DNA from: Spirochaetia bacterium
GTDB lineage: Bacteria > Spirochaetota > Spirochaetia > DSM-2461
Reading direction: 5' to 3'
DNA: 64,000 nucleotides
NCBI GenBank assembly: GCA_963666985.2
Contig: CAXXIA010000002.1
Location: 2,400,001 to 2,464,000 of the forward strand
Shown here in pieces: positions 41,242 to 50,743 of this stretch. The position numbers were made by a program, and so were the translations under genes. The notes below the pieces were generated by a model. It saw only the letters and a list, made by a program, of their open reading frames with translations, searched no databases and had not been told where the DNA came from. The number at the start of each line of letters is the position of its first letter. Positions within the stretch are counted from its first letter, which is position 1.

Positions 41242-42234
41242 ATGGTTAAAATCACCGACGTCGCCGAGGCGGCCGGCGTTTCCCCTTCGACGGTGAGCCA
41301 TGTTCTGTCGGGGAATCGCCCCATCAGCGAAGAAACAAAGAAGCGGGTTCTGAATATCATTAAGGAACTGGGGTATACACCCAATCCCAACGCCCGCGCG
41401 ATGAAAAGTTCCCGAACGGGGATTATCGGTTTTTTCGCGGGCGATATAACCGAGGTGTTCGTTACCGAAATCATTCGCGGTGTCGAATCCGTTATCGTTC
41501 CGGCCGGTTATCATCTTCTTCTGGTTTCCGGCTCCGAGTTCGACGACGATCCGAGGCAGGCCCTGGAATTCCTGATTTCCAGAAGAATCGACGGAGCAAT
41601 TATCAGCTACGGAACATCCGATATAAAAACGGATTCGGGATTCGGCAATATGTCTCTGCCTCTTGTTTTCATCAACAGAAGCTATAACGATGTGATTCCC
41701 TGTATCCGGCCGGATAATTACATGGGCGGAAAGGTGGTGGCTTCGCATTTTGCCGAATGCGGTGTTAAGAAAGCCGCCATTATCGGCGGTCCGGAAAAGC
41801 GTCAGGCCAGCAGGGACCGCATCAGGGGCTTTATCGAGCGGTCGGAGGAATTGGGAATGGAAGTTCCCGAAGGCTGTGTTTTCCATACCGAGTTCACATT
41901 TGACGGCGGCCGAAAGGCCATGAAAGTTCTTCTGGAACGGGGTAAGGGATTCGACGGACTCTTCTGCGCCAATGATTATATCGCCTGCGGAGCCATGACC
42001 GTTGCACAAGAAGCGGGGCTTTCCATTCCGGATGATCTAAAAGTTATCGGTTTCGACGACCGTGAGTTCGCCAGATTTTGGCCCACGCCGGTAACGACGA
42101 TGTCTCAGCCCCTGTTTCAAATGGGTCGGCTCGGTGCCCGGTATTTGGTGGATTTTAATGAAAAGGAAAAAGAAATTCCTCTGCTGACCGTTCTTTCCAG
42201 TTCCCTGATTCCCAGACGCAGTACGGGATTCTGA
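41242..42234 (+). CDS. LacI-family repressor
   Basis: ITDVAEAAGVSPSTVSHVL, YTPN..AR, IPDDLKVIGFDD. Confidence 0.97.
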   Translation: MVKITDVAEAAGVSPSTVSHVLSGNRPISEETKKRVLNIIKELGYTPNPNARAMKSSRTGIIGFFAGDITEVFVTEIIRGVESVIVPAGYHLLLVSGSEFDDDPRQALEFLISRRIDGAIISYGTSDIKTDSGFGNMSLPLVFINRSYNDVIPCIRPDNYMGGKVVASHFAECGVKKAAIIGGPEKRQASRDRIRGFIERSEELGMEVPEGCVFHTEFTFDGGRKAMKVLLERGKGFDGLFCANDYIACGAMTVAQEAGLSIPDDLKVIGFDDREFARFWPTPVTTMSQPLFQMGRLGARYLVDFNEKEKEIPLLTVLSSSLIPRRSTGF

Positions 42235-42317
42235 TTTTTTAAATCCCGCCGACTTCCGATGCGGGGTTTCCCCGTTTTCCGGGACTGAGATTTCTTTTGG
42301 TAAGAGGCCTTTCATTC

Positions 42318-42368
42318 TTGACAGCCGATTCACGGGAGCGTATTCTCCCGTAATCAAAACGTTTTGAT
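42318..42368 (+). promoter_or_regulatory. sigma70 promoter with a third LacI operator
   Basis: TTGACA (42318)-17 bp-TATTCT (42341); ATCAAAACGTTTTGAT at 42353-42368. Confidence 0.82.
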
Positions 42369-42376
42369 GGCGGTGG

Positions 42377-43327
42377 ATGATGAATACGAAATTTTTGGTT
42401 TTAACCGGCAAGTTTCAGGCTGATTTCGACGAGCGGATTCTTCCCGATCCTTCCGACGGTGAATTCCTTGTCCGCAACGATTTCAGTCTGGTGAGCCCGG
42501 GAACCGAGCTTGCGCTTTATACAGGCACTCATATCGGATTCGGCGATCCGGATATCGCATGGGCCGTCTATCCTTTGGATATCGGATACGCATCGGCCGG
42601 AACGGTTCTTCAAAGCAGGAATACGGCTTTCCCCGAGGGAAGCCGGGTTGTTCACTATGGAGCGCATGGGCCGCTGTCGCTTATAAACGAATCCGCCGTT
42701 GCGGCTGTGATTCCCGATGGGTTGGACGAAAAAACCGCCTGTTTCGGGCGCTTCGCTCAAATCGCCGCGAGTTCCGTTGAGGCTTGCGTGCGAAAATACG
42801 GAAAGGTTTTGGTTTACGGAGCGGGCATCGTCGGAAATCTTTCGGCTCAGTGGTTTGCCCTGAAGGGTGCCGATTCGGTGGGCATTCGTGATTTATCCGA
42901 AGATAGGATGCGGCGGGCTTCTTCCTGCGGGATTGCCGCGGACGGCGGATCCGATGAAGCTCCCTCCACCGTCATCGAAGCCACCGGTGTTCCGAGCGTG
43001 GTGAATGAAGCCCTCAGAGAGGTCGCACTCGGCGGTCAGGTTGTTTTACTCGGCTCCACGCGGGGGCCTGTGGAAATCAATGTTTACAAAATGATCCATA
43101 GAAAAGCCGTGGTTCTTTCGGGGGCCCATGAAACGATACTCGGCGGACGTACGCGGGAGGTTCTCGGCGAATCCTTGGATCGTCTGGCCGACGGGGGTTT
43201 GAAGGTCGCCCCGCTGATGACCCAAGTGATTAAACCCGAAGAGCTTCCGGGGATTTATGAACGCATTCGTGAAAATCCGGATAACTACCTGGGCGTTCAT
43301 GTTGATTGGAGCACATGGCATGATTGA
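42377..43327 (+). CDS. MDR-family (Zn-ADH-like) dehydrogenase
   Basis: SLVSPGTE, GYASAG, GAGIVG Rossmann motif, IEATG. Confidence 0.85.
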   Translation: MMNTKFLVLTGKFQADFDERILPDPSDGEFLVRNDFSLVSPGTELALYTGTHIGFGDPDIAWAVYPLDIGYASAGTVLQSRNTAFPEGSRVVHYGAHGPLSLINESAVAAVIPDGLDEKTACFGRFAQIAASSVEACVRKYGKVLVYGAGIVGNLSAQWFALKGADSVGIRDLSEDRMRRASSCGIAADGGSDEAPSTVIEATGVPSVVNEALREVALGGQVVLLGSTRGPVEINVYKMIHRKAVVLSGAHETILGGRTREVLGESLDRLADGGLKVAPLMTQVIKPEELPGIYERIRENPDNYLGVHVDWSTWHD

Positions 43328-44168
43328 TAAAAAGCGTCTTACGGGTATCGCCGATGAAGGCGCCGCGTCCATAGAAGGACAGTTGGAACTTCACAAGAGT
43401 CTCGGCTGGGATTCCATTGAACTGCGTTTTGTCGACGGCGTGAATGTCTGCGAAATGGACGATGCCGCCTTCGACAAGGTTGCATCGGCGATAGAAGAAG
43501 CGGAATTTCGGACGGTCGCGTTCGGTTCGGCCATCGCCAATTGGTCGCGCTCGGCGGAAGATCCTTTCGAGAGGGACCGGGACGATCTTTTGCGGTCCGT
43601 TCCCCGGATGCATCGGCTGGGATGTCCTTACATCCGCATTATGTCTTATATGCCGGGAAGTCTTCAGGGTGAAGAATGGGCCTCTGCTGCGATAAACCGG
43701 GTGAAGGAACTGACGCGGATCGCCTCCGGTGAAGGAGTGGTTCTGGTTCTGGAAAACTGTGACGGCTGGGCCGCGAAAAAACCGGAGAACTTTAGGCGTC
43801 TTTTTGAGGAAATCCCGGAGAAGACTCTGCGGGTGGTTTTTGATCCGGGGAATCCCCTCTCTCACGGTGATGCTCCCGAAAGTGTTATCGATTTCTTCCG
43901 GGCGGCCATGGATCGGATCGTTCATTTCCATATCAAGGACTGCTATCCGGATGATGAAGGCAAAGCGGTTCACTGCTTTCCCGGCGAAGGACGCTGCTGC
44001 AATGCTTCCTTCATCGCCATCCTTGAGAAGATGGGCTATAAGGGGATGTATTCCATCGAGCCCCATATGACCGGTCCGTTTCATGATACGGGAACCGCGG
44101 AAGAGGCCAAGGCCGCCGGTTATCTGGAATACGGACGGCGCGCCGAGGCGATGCTGAAGAGCCTATAG
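43320..44168 (+). CDS. sugar-phosphate isomerase/epimerase (xylose-isomerase-like TIM barrel)
   Basis: GIADE, IELR, LENC, FDPGN, HFHIKD, SIEPH; start at ATG 43320. Confidence 0.88.
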   Translation: MIDKKRLTGIADEGAASIEGQLELHKSLGWDSIELRFVDGVNVCEMDDAAFDKVASAIEEAEFRTVAFGSAIANWSRSAEDPFERDRDDLLRSVPRMHRLGCPYIRIMSYMPGSLQGEEWASAAINRVKELTRIASGEGVVLVLENCDGWAAKKPENFRRLFEEIPEKTLRVVFDPGNPLSHGDAPESVIDFFRAAMDRIVHFHIKDCYPDDEGKAVHCFPGEGRCCNASFIAILEKMGYKGMYSIEPHMTGPFHDTGTAEEAKAAGYLEYGRRAEAMLKSL

Positions 44169-44285
44169 GGTGTATCGGCGATAAGGCCGCCGTGTGCCGG
44201 AGTCTGCGGCGATAAGCGGCCGAGGAGGACGCCGATCTATGGATATGTTCTCTATGCGACCGGGAAGAGCCGGTATTCGGGTAAA

Positions 44286-44322
44286 TCCGATTCGCGCCGA
44301 TATCTCATGGGCGCGAGTCGGA
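44286..44322. terminator. hairpin between convergent genes
   Basis: TCCGATTCGCGCC-11 nt-GGCGCGAGTCGGA. Confidence 0.4.
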
Positions 44323-44351
44323 ATATGCCGGGATAGACCGATCCGAAAGAA

Positions 44352-45968
44352 TCAAAGTCCCACGACGTTTTTGTTCTTTTCTATGGTGTAAACAAGTTCC
44401 CGAACCGTTTTCTCCCGGGGTGAGAGCTCCGCGGACCATGTAATAAAGCCGTCCGCATCCGGCCCTTTGTATCCTTCCGATGTGTCTTTTTCATTGAAGA
44501 TGATTTTCACCTTCCCGATTTCCGATACCGGGATTCGCTCCTTAACCGTCAGGGTTTTCTTTGCCGCTCCGATGTTGCTGATTTTTATTCCGATCCTGTA
44601 TTCCGTTTTGTCTTTGGTGCCCAGCTTTCCGGCTTCTTTATACCGTGTGTCTTCGGTTCTGCGAATTCTGATATCCGGATCGGGACCCCAGCCCAGCGGG
44701 AAAATCTCCCCTGATTCCACATAGGCAACATGGGTGCGCCCAACCCGTGTTCCGTTCCGGATGAGTTCCACGGGACCGGCCAGAACGGGATAACTCCCGC
44801 CGTTCGTTTGACGGCTGCGGATAAATCCGTAGGGACTGAGTTCCGGCATGGCGATAAGATCGGTTTCCGAGGTGCCCTCGAAGGAAAGCAGGGCAAAATT
44901 GCGGGGACGGCCGTCCGAGGGAACATCCGCCGGTTTGCCGACCGTGAAGCTGCGGACAATACCGCCGTCGTCCACGCCCGGAAGGGATTCGGCCGACTTC
45001 CCCGAAGATTCCTCGGAGCCGAATCCCGCATCATCGACCGATTCTTCCCGAATCTCGACGACATCTTCCTTCTCTCTTCTTATGACTGTAACGACATCGT
45101 CGGAGAGAACCGGAGGTCCGCTGCCCAATGAGGGACGCCGGGTGGAAAGCGAAAGATTCACATCTTTCCAATCCTCGCCGGTTCTCTGCCATACCCAGCC
45201 GTCGGTTTCGAATCGGAGGCTGTTTCCGTCCAGAACCGCGCGGTATCCCGGACGCCAGCAGGCCGCCGGAACCGTGTACTCGACTTCGAGTCTGTAGCTT
45301 CCGGGCGTTAAAACCGTGATGTCCAGAACTGCAAAAGCGCCGCAGCGATTCGACGGAGTGATTCCCGCCGCTCTTACGGATTCAAGTTCGTTGATTTTTT
45401 CTTCGATATCTTCGAGTCCGCATCGTGTTTCATATCGTTTGCCGGCCAATTCTGCCAGCAGGCCGTCGAGTTTTTCCGGAGAGAATTCCGATTCCGCGGA
45501 CGCTGCTCTGCCCGTGGCGATATCCTCGGGGATTTCCCGGGCGGCCAGATCGATGATTTTTCTCAGATCTTCGCGCCTCTTATCGATGTTTCCGATTTCA
45601 TCGGTCAGCTCTTCCCGGCGTAAGCTCAGTTCTTTAATCAGGGAATCCACCTCGGCGCTGCCGGCTTCCTGAGGAGTTTTGAGAGTTCTTCGTACTGATG
45701 ACCCGACGACCGCCGCGCCGCGAAATCCTTCGAGCTCCGCGGAATCTTTTCGGCCGCTTCCGCCTTCGGTGTTCGGAGACTCCTCGCCGTTCGGACTTGA
45801 AAGCGCGGCCGTCAGCGACTTATCGGAAACAACCGGAGAGATTCCGGCTATCTCCACGATCGACGGTCCCTCCGGAAGCTTTATTGTTCCGATTCTGCGA
45901 ACACGGGCCCGATCTTCAAAGAGAGTAACGTCGGTAACGGGTGCGGCGGCTGCAATTCGATTCATCAT
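44352..45968 (-). CDS. DUF4140/DUF4139 (MuiA-like) protein
   Basis: VTLFEDRARVRR, coiled coil, EYTV..A.W.P.Y, QRTGEDW..V.LSLST, ERIPVS. Confidence 0.85.
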   Translation of the reverse strand: MMNRIAAAAPVTDVTLFEDRARVRRIGTIKLPEGPSIVEIAGISPVVSDKSLTAALSSPNGEESPNTEGGSGRKDSAELEGFRGAAVVGSSVRRTLKTPQEAGSAEVDSLIKELSLRREELTDEIGNIDKRREDLRKIIDLAAREIPEDIATGRAASAESEFSPEKLDGLLAELAGKRYETRCGLEDIEEKINELESVRAAGITPSNRCGAFAVLDITVLTPGSYRLEVEYTVPAACWRPGYRAVLDGNSLRFETDGWVWQRTGEDWKDVNLSLSTRRPSLGSGPPVLSDDVVTVIRREKEDVVEIREESVDDAGFGSEESSGKSAESLPGVDDGGIVRSFTVGKPADVPSDGRPRNFALLSFEGTSETDLIAMPELSPYGFIRSRQTNGGSYPVLAGPVELIRNGTRVGRTHVAYVESGEIFPLGWGPDPDIRIRRTEDTRYKEAGKLGTKDKTEYRIGIKISNIGAAKKTLTVKERIPVSEIGKVKIIFNEKDTSEGYKGPDADGFITWSAELSPREKTVRELVYTIEKNKNVVGL

Positions 45969-48067
45969 TCGGCCTCCCTGTTGTTGCCGTCCGGTATCTC
46001 GGTATTGGAGGGAATCTGTATGTCGTATTCGGCCAGCAGTTTTGTTTTTTCTCCGGCGGCCAGGGAGAGCTTCCAGCGGTATCCGCCTCTCAGATAATCG
46101 GTCTCTTCTTCATAGCGCTCCCATACCGGTTCCGTTTTCGTCAGCTCAATCTTCACCTTTTCTTCGGCCTTACCCTGATCGTCCGGTCTAACGGGAATGC
46201 GTTCCCTCACTTCCAGTTCCACGGGACGGGAAAGGTTGTTGACCGCATCGATGAGTATTTCGTGATGCAGCGTCAGTTGGGTGCCCGCAAGGCCCGAAGT
46301 CTTTTCTTCGAAGTGTGTGTTGCGGGCAATTTTAATGCCTTCCTCGGCGCCGAGACCCAGGATTGTTGTTCCTCCCGAAGGAATGGTCTCCAGATGTGTT
46401 GTCAGCAGGGGGGTGGATTCGACCGAGACATCCACGGGGCCTGCCGGAAGCGGAGCCTCATCTTCATTCTTAAACTCGGCTGCGGCGAAGACCGTTGAAT
46501 CAATGCGCGGAACCGAAATGTAGCGGACCGCAACCGGAACTTGTGCCGTTCGAACGGGAATCGAATGGAAGCGACCGTCGGACTCCACGGAGACCGGTAC
46601 GGCCGTTTTATAGACATAATCAAATCCGTCCACGTCGGTCGGGTAACGGCATCCCTGCGGCGGTACGGCCGCGAGCGTCTCCGCCGAACTTTCCGCCGAT
46701 TCAAGACGTTCCCAGACGGCCGAATCGAGTTTCGCCGATAATGCACCGGCCTTTTCGGCGTAGAGTTCCCTGCGTGTCGCCGGATGGAGTTCCGAGAAGC
46801 CTGTTTCTTCCGGATCGGGAAGGCGGAGCGCGGCATAGTCGAGCAGATCATTCCCCGGCTCCCGGGAAATGAACTCTTTTTCGGAATCTTTCATTTCCAT
46901 GGACGCCGCCATCTGCAGTTCCATCGATTCGGAACGGCGTTTTTTTGCGGCATGAACGGAAGGCGGAGCGGATGATTTCATTATTTCCATTCGGCGCTCT
47001 TCATATTCATAGTCTTCCGTGTCTTCGAAGATTTCTTCATCGTAATCATCATCTTCGATGTCATAGTCATCCTCATCCGGAAGTCTCTGAGAAATCGGAG
47101 CGGCCGCGGGAATGAAGCCTCCGATTCGTGAGTCGAAGAACGACTTGTAGTCCGAAAAGAGTTCTTGAGTTCCTATAGGAGCCTCTTTCCATCCTTTCTT
47201 TGAGCGGCCGCGTGCCGCCCGGCCGATACGGCGGCTGTTCAATTCGGGCAGATCCCGCCATTGCCCGGAGAAGGCGGTCGACAGGGTCAGAGCGGCCCCG
47301 GACCAATCTTCACCGCTTCGCTGACATACCAGAGCGCGTGTCTCCAGAACGGCTTGGGCGAACACGGCGTCGAACCGGAGGGCGTATGTGGGAACCCAGC
47401 GCGCGCCGGGGATTAAATATTCCAAGAAAATCCCAACATCTTCGCCTTCCGCTCCGGCGGAATCCATGGTCAGGACAACGGCCTTCCGAATCTCATTCCG
47501 GCGGCGCTCTTTTTCCGCCGATGCCGTCAATTCCCGGTTTCTCAGGAGTTCCAGTTTCTCAGAGGCTTCGGAAAGGCGATTCTTGATATCCCGCTTTTTT
47601 TTGAGAAGATCGGCTCTTCTCCGATTTATGTTTTCCGCGTACGCGGCTCTTTCGGCAAAAGGCGAGGAGATTGCCGCTGCGGGATTTTTCGTGACGGGAC
47701 GCTCGGGCCAGTCGGTCGTTTCCCGGCGAGAGATGGCCGCTTCGGTTTCTCCGAGCTCCTCTTTGAGCCTGCCGACGGTTCTCTCGGCTTCTTTGAGTTC
47801 TTCCGTACCGTGCGGATTATCTTCGGAGGCCAATTCGGGAATGTCCAGGACGATTCCGATATCCGTTATCCGGGAACTCGTTTTCTCTCCGAAAATACCG
47901 GCCCGGACGGTCTCGTCGCGGAGCGCCAAGGGAAGTCCCATGACGTTCCGGGAAATCTTTTCTTTGCTCTTCGAAGCCTTCACGGAACCGGTCCTTCTGA
48001 TGAGAGCACCTTCCCTGTAAACCGTAACCGACGTTATCACCGTATCGAGTGTTTGAATGGCCTCCAT
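45965..48067 (-). CDS. DUF4140/DUF4139 protein
   Basis: ITSVTVYREGA, EYLIPGARWVPTY, QRSGEDW...LTLSTA, VRERIPV; acidic central insert. Confidence 0.85.
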   Translation of the reverse strand: MEAIQTLDTVITSVTVYREGALIRRTGSVKASKSKEKISRNVMGLPLALRDETVRAGIFGEKTSSRITDIGIVLDIPELASEDNPHGTEELKEAERTVGRLKEELGETEAAISRRETTDWPERPVTKNPAAAISSPFAERAAYAENINRRRADLLKKKRDIKNRLSEASEKLELLRNRELTASAEKERRRNEIRKAVVLTMDSAGAEGEDVGIFLEYLIPGARWVPTYALRFDAVFAQAVLETRALVCQRSGEDWSGAALTLSTAFSGQWRDLPELNSRRIGRAARGRSKKGWKEAPIGTQELFSDYKSFFDSRIGGFIPAAAPISQRLPDEDDYDIEDDDYDEEIFEDTEDYEYEERRMEIMKSSAPPSVHAAKKRRSESMELQMAASMEMKDSEKEFISREPGNDLLDYAALRLPDPEETGFSELHPATRRELYAEKAGALSAKLDSAVWERLESAESSAETLAAVPPQGCRYPTDVDGFDYVYKTAVPVSVESDGRFHSIPVRTAQVPVAVRYISVPRIDSTVFAAAEFKNEDEAPLPAGPVDVSVESTPLLTTHLETIPSGGTTILGLGAEEGIKIARNTHFEEKTSGLAGTQLTLHHEILIDAVNNLSRPVELEVRERIPVRPDDQGKAEEKVKIELTKTEPVWERYEEETDYLRGGYRWKLSLAAGEKTKLLAEYDIQIPSNTEIPDGNNREAE

Positions 48068-48245
48068 AGAACCTCTCCGTTAGTTAAAGGATAACATGAT
48101 AATGAGCATCCGTGATTTTTTTCGCCCATTGCTTTACGGCGGTGTGAATAATTTCCGGAACCGCCGCGCCGAATATATCGAAAAAAAAGTTCCGTATGCG
48201 TTCGCCATTCTATAAACAGCGGAGCGCTTATGGAGGGCTTGCCCG

Positions 48246-49334
48246 TTATGGCTCCGAAAGCGCCCATCCTTCCGCGGCTTCGCGAACGGCATCGAAAACG
48301 GCATAGCCTTCCTGAAATGTTCCGAGGCGTCCCTGCCGGGCCACGATGCCGAAGTAACCGTACTTTTTATTCCAGAACGGATAGGCGCCGTAAGCGCCGG
48401 GTGAAGAAACCTGAACGGCTTCATCCGGATTCCATCCGGGAGCGGGGCATTCAATCCACATCCCGTATCCGTAATGCCATTCTTCGCCGAGCCGTTCCCA
48501 TGCCGGTGAATATCCGATTGCGGCCGAATCCAGCCGGTCTCCGCTCGCCTGAGAAATCAGGGTTTTGTCCTTATAGAAGCTGCCGTTTTTAAAGGCCCGG
48601 ATGAAATCGATGTAGTCTCGGGCCGTCCAGATCATTCCGCCGGCCAGGCGAGGGTTTGCAGCGGAGGGAAGCCTGTAGTCCGAGTTGGGAAAAAGCCCGG
48701 TTTTCGTTCGGAAGGCGTTAAAGAGTTCCGTCCAATTATCGTAGCCTCCGGCGCGGACGGCCATGGCGCCGGCCACCTGGAGATGAGCCGATCCGTAATG
48801 GAATGAGGCTCCGGGTTCTCCGGGGTCAGCGGAAATACCGCCATTCCTTTGTGCAATGGCGGTGATGCATCTGAAAAAGTCACCCTCCGGATTGTTCAGA
48901 CAGGGTACCTCTTCATCGAGTCCGGAAGTGAAGCTCAGAAGCTGCGCCAGAGTGATCCCGCGAAGCGGATCGTTTTCATTCGTCGGCCATTCCCGTTTAG
49001 CAAAGTAATCCTCGGGAGAATCATCGAGAGCCATAAGGCCGTTATCCGCCAGGGTTAGGATAATCGCCGCGGTAACCCACTTGGAGGTGGATGCCGGCTT
49101 GTAGGGCGTATCGAGTCCGGCGTTCCCTCTGGTATAAAGGTATTGTTCGCCGGCCGCATCCTCCAGAAAAAAAAGGAAATCAACGCTGCTTGAAGCGGCC
49201 TCCAGTTCGGAGGTTAAAAGGAGCGCCCATTCCGTTTTGGACTCCGGTTCTATGGAATCCTGCTCGGCGGAACAGCATGATAGAGGGAAGAGCGCGGCCG
49301 TAAGAAGAATTATAAGAGCGTGGAAAGTGTTCAT
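48246..49334 (-). CDS. serine hydrolase, beta-lactamase/class C-like, probably a lipoprotein
   Basis: ASTSK (SxxK), ITLAQLLSFTSGL, PG..FHYG, YGYGMW, SPGAYG; LSCC lipobox; start at ATG 49334. Confidence 0.85.
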   Translation of the reverse strand: MNTFHALIILLTAALFPLSCCSAEQDSIEPESKTEWALLLTSELEAASSSVDFLFFLEDAAGEQYLYTRGNAGLDTPYKPASTSKWVTAAIILTLADNGLMALDDSPEDYFAKREWPTNENDPLRGITLAQLLSFTSGLDEEVPCLNNPEGDFFRCITAIAQRNGGISADPGEPGASFHYGSAHLQVAGAMAVRAGGYDNWTELFNAFRTKTGLFPNSDYRLPSAANPRLAGGMIWTARDYIDFIRAFKNGSFYKDKTLISQASGDRLDSAAIGYSPAWERLGEEWHYGYGMWIECPAPGWNPDEAVQVSSPGAYGAYPFWNKKYGYFGIVARQGRLGTFQEGYAVFDAVREAAEGWALSEP

Positions 49335-49465
49335 TTCGCTCCCTTCCGGATTCTTTTTTTGTAAACGGGCGCCGGCCTCGCCTTGAACAGGTTTTCTAAG
49401 CCGCCTTTTTAGGAAATTGTATCGCGAAATAACCGATTCGGCCAAATTCAGCAGTCCTGGCGATT

Positions 49466-49530
49466 GACAGAATAGGACAGAAGATGACAATTAAAGACAG
49501 AGAGGTTCCATCCGGTACAATATAGGACGA
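49466..49530 (+). repeat. GACA(G/A) direct repeats phased at 10 bp upstream of the HTH-EIIA gene
   Basis: GACAG 49466, GACAG 49476, GACAA 49486, GACAG 49496; degenerate TACAA 49516 and GACGA 49526. Confidence 0.7.
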
Positions 49531-49558
49531 TAAGGACTTGACGGGGGAAGTAAAGACC

Positions 49559-50272
49559 ATGGATTACCAGCGAACGGCGTTGTCGATAGCCGATGTGGCG
49601 AAAATCCTTCAGGTTTCGGAAAAAACCGTTACGAGAATGCTTCGCGACGGAGCGATACCGGGATTCAAAGTAGCGAATCAATGGCGTTTTCATCCGGACG
49701 ATTTCGAAAAGTGGCTCAATTCCAAACGAGGGACGAATGACGATTCATCGGAACTCTCCTCCGTTGACGGTCTGGGTTATGAGCCGCTGCCGTTATCAAG
49801 GCTGACCGCGGAAGATCTCATTCTTCCGAACCTTTCCGCCGGATCGAAGCGGGAGGTTCTTTCCGCGCTGGTTAAACCACTGGCCGCCCGCGGTGTCGTT
49901 GAGGATAAGGAGGCCTTTGTCGAAGGTCTCTGGGCAAGAGAAAAAATGGTTACGACCGGTATCGGCGGAAGAGTGGCCCTGCCACATTTGAGAAATCCGG
50001 AGGACCAGCCGATTGAGCGCCCCCTTATGGTTATAGGCGTATCGAAAAAGGGTATCGATTGGTCGTCCATCGATAATCTCCCGGTACATCTTTTCCTGAT
50101 GCCGATTACCGGAAACGAAGTGCTTCATGTCAGAACACTTTTCGCGATTCGCCGAGCTCTGGCGGTTGAGGATTTTGTCGACAAAATTATCGCCGCAAAG
50201 TCGCGATCCGAAGTTTTATCCATTTTACTTATGGTTGAGACTCTGCAGATGAATCGAACGGAACTTACCTGA
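49559..50272 (+). CDS. excisionase-like HTH fused to a PTS EIIA domain
   Basis: LSIADVAKILQVSEKTV....G.IPGFKV..QWRF; AREK..TTGIG..VALPH. Confidence 0.9.
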   Translation: MDYQRTALSIADVAKILQVSEKTVTRMLRDGAIPGFKVANQWRFHPDDFEKWLNSKRGTNDDSSELSSVDGLGYEPLPLSRLTAEDLILPNLSAGSKREVLSALVKPLAARGVVEDKEAFVEGLWAREKMVTTGIGGRVALPHLRNPEDQPIERPLMVIGVSKKGIDWSSIDNLPVHLFLMPITGNEVLHVRTLFAIRRALAVEDFVDKIIAAKSRSEVLSILLMVETLQMNRTELT

Positions 50273-50287
50273 AAGGAGATATGTGTA

Positions 50288-50743
50288 ATGGAAATTCATG
50301 ATGTGATATCGGCCGACCGATGCCGGGTTTTGCATAGCCGAACGAAGACCGAAGCATTGTTGGAACTTATTGAAATCGTCGGCGAGGAGAATTCCGTCGC
50401 CGATTTGGAGGCTCTGAAGAAGGAAATCTTCTATAGGGAACAAATCATGAGCACGGGAATCGGTCAGGGGATAGGAATCCCCCATGTTCGTTTTCCCGGG
50501 ATGAAGGAACCGATTGTTCTTGTCGGAGTGAGTCCGAAAGGTCTTGAAGATTATGAATCCTTGGACGGAGAGATTGTCAAACTGGTTTTTATGATTCTCG
50601 TTGATGAAAATCATCATAAGGAATACTTAAGAATCCTTTCGCTTATTGTTCAGCGCTTGAAGGATGATGGTTTTCGAAAAGGCCTCTTCGGCGCTGAGAC
50701 GGATAAAGCCGTATTCGAATTGCTTACAGGCGGAGAAAAATGA
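50288..50743 (+). CDS. PTS EIIA (Ntr/Fru-type) protein
   Basis: REQIMSTGIGQGIGIPH, SLDGEIVKLVF. Confidence 0.93.
   Translation: MEIHDVISADRCRVLHSRTKTEALLELIEIVGEENSVADLEALKKEIFYREQIMSTGIGQGIGIPHVRFPGMKEPIVLVGVSPKGLEDYESLDGEIVKLVFMILVDENHHKEYLRILSLIVQRLKDDGFRKGLFGAETDKAVFELLTGGEK

Noticed and set aside
41173..42009. 278-aa minus-strand ORF and similar antisense ORFs (436..1143, 10414..11367, 11747..12649, 43230..44084)
   Set aside because: They lie opposite well-supported genes and have no recognisable motifs
44169..44351. Short GGCGATAAG repeats as a CRISPR or REP array
   Set aside because: Only two short copies, no regular spacers and no cas genes
48246..49334. Calling the serine hydrolase a beta-lactamase resistance gene
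   Set aside because: SxxK is present but the YxN and KTG motifs are not canonical; an esterase or peptidase is as likely
49559..49740. Excisionase-like HTH as a sign of a prophage or ICE
   Set aside because: It is fused to EIIA, and no integrase, att site or phage genes are nearby
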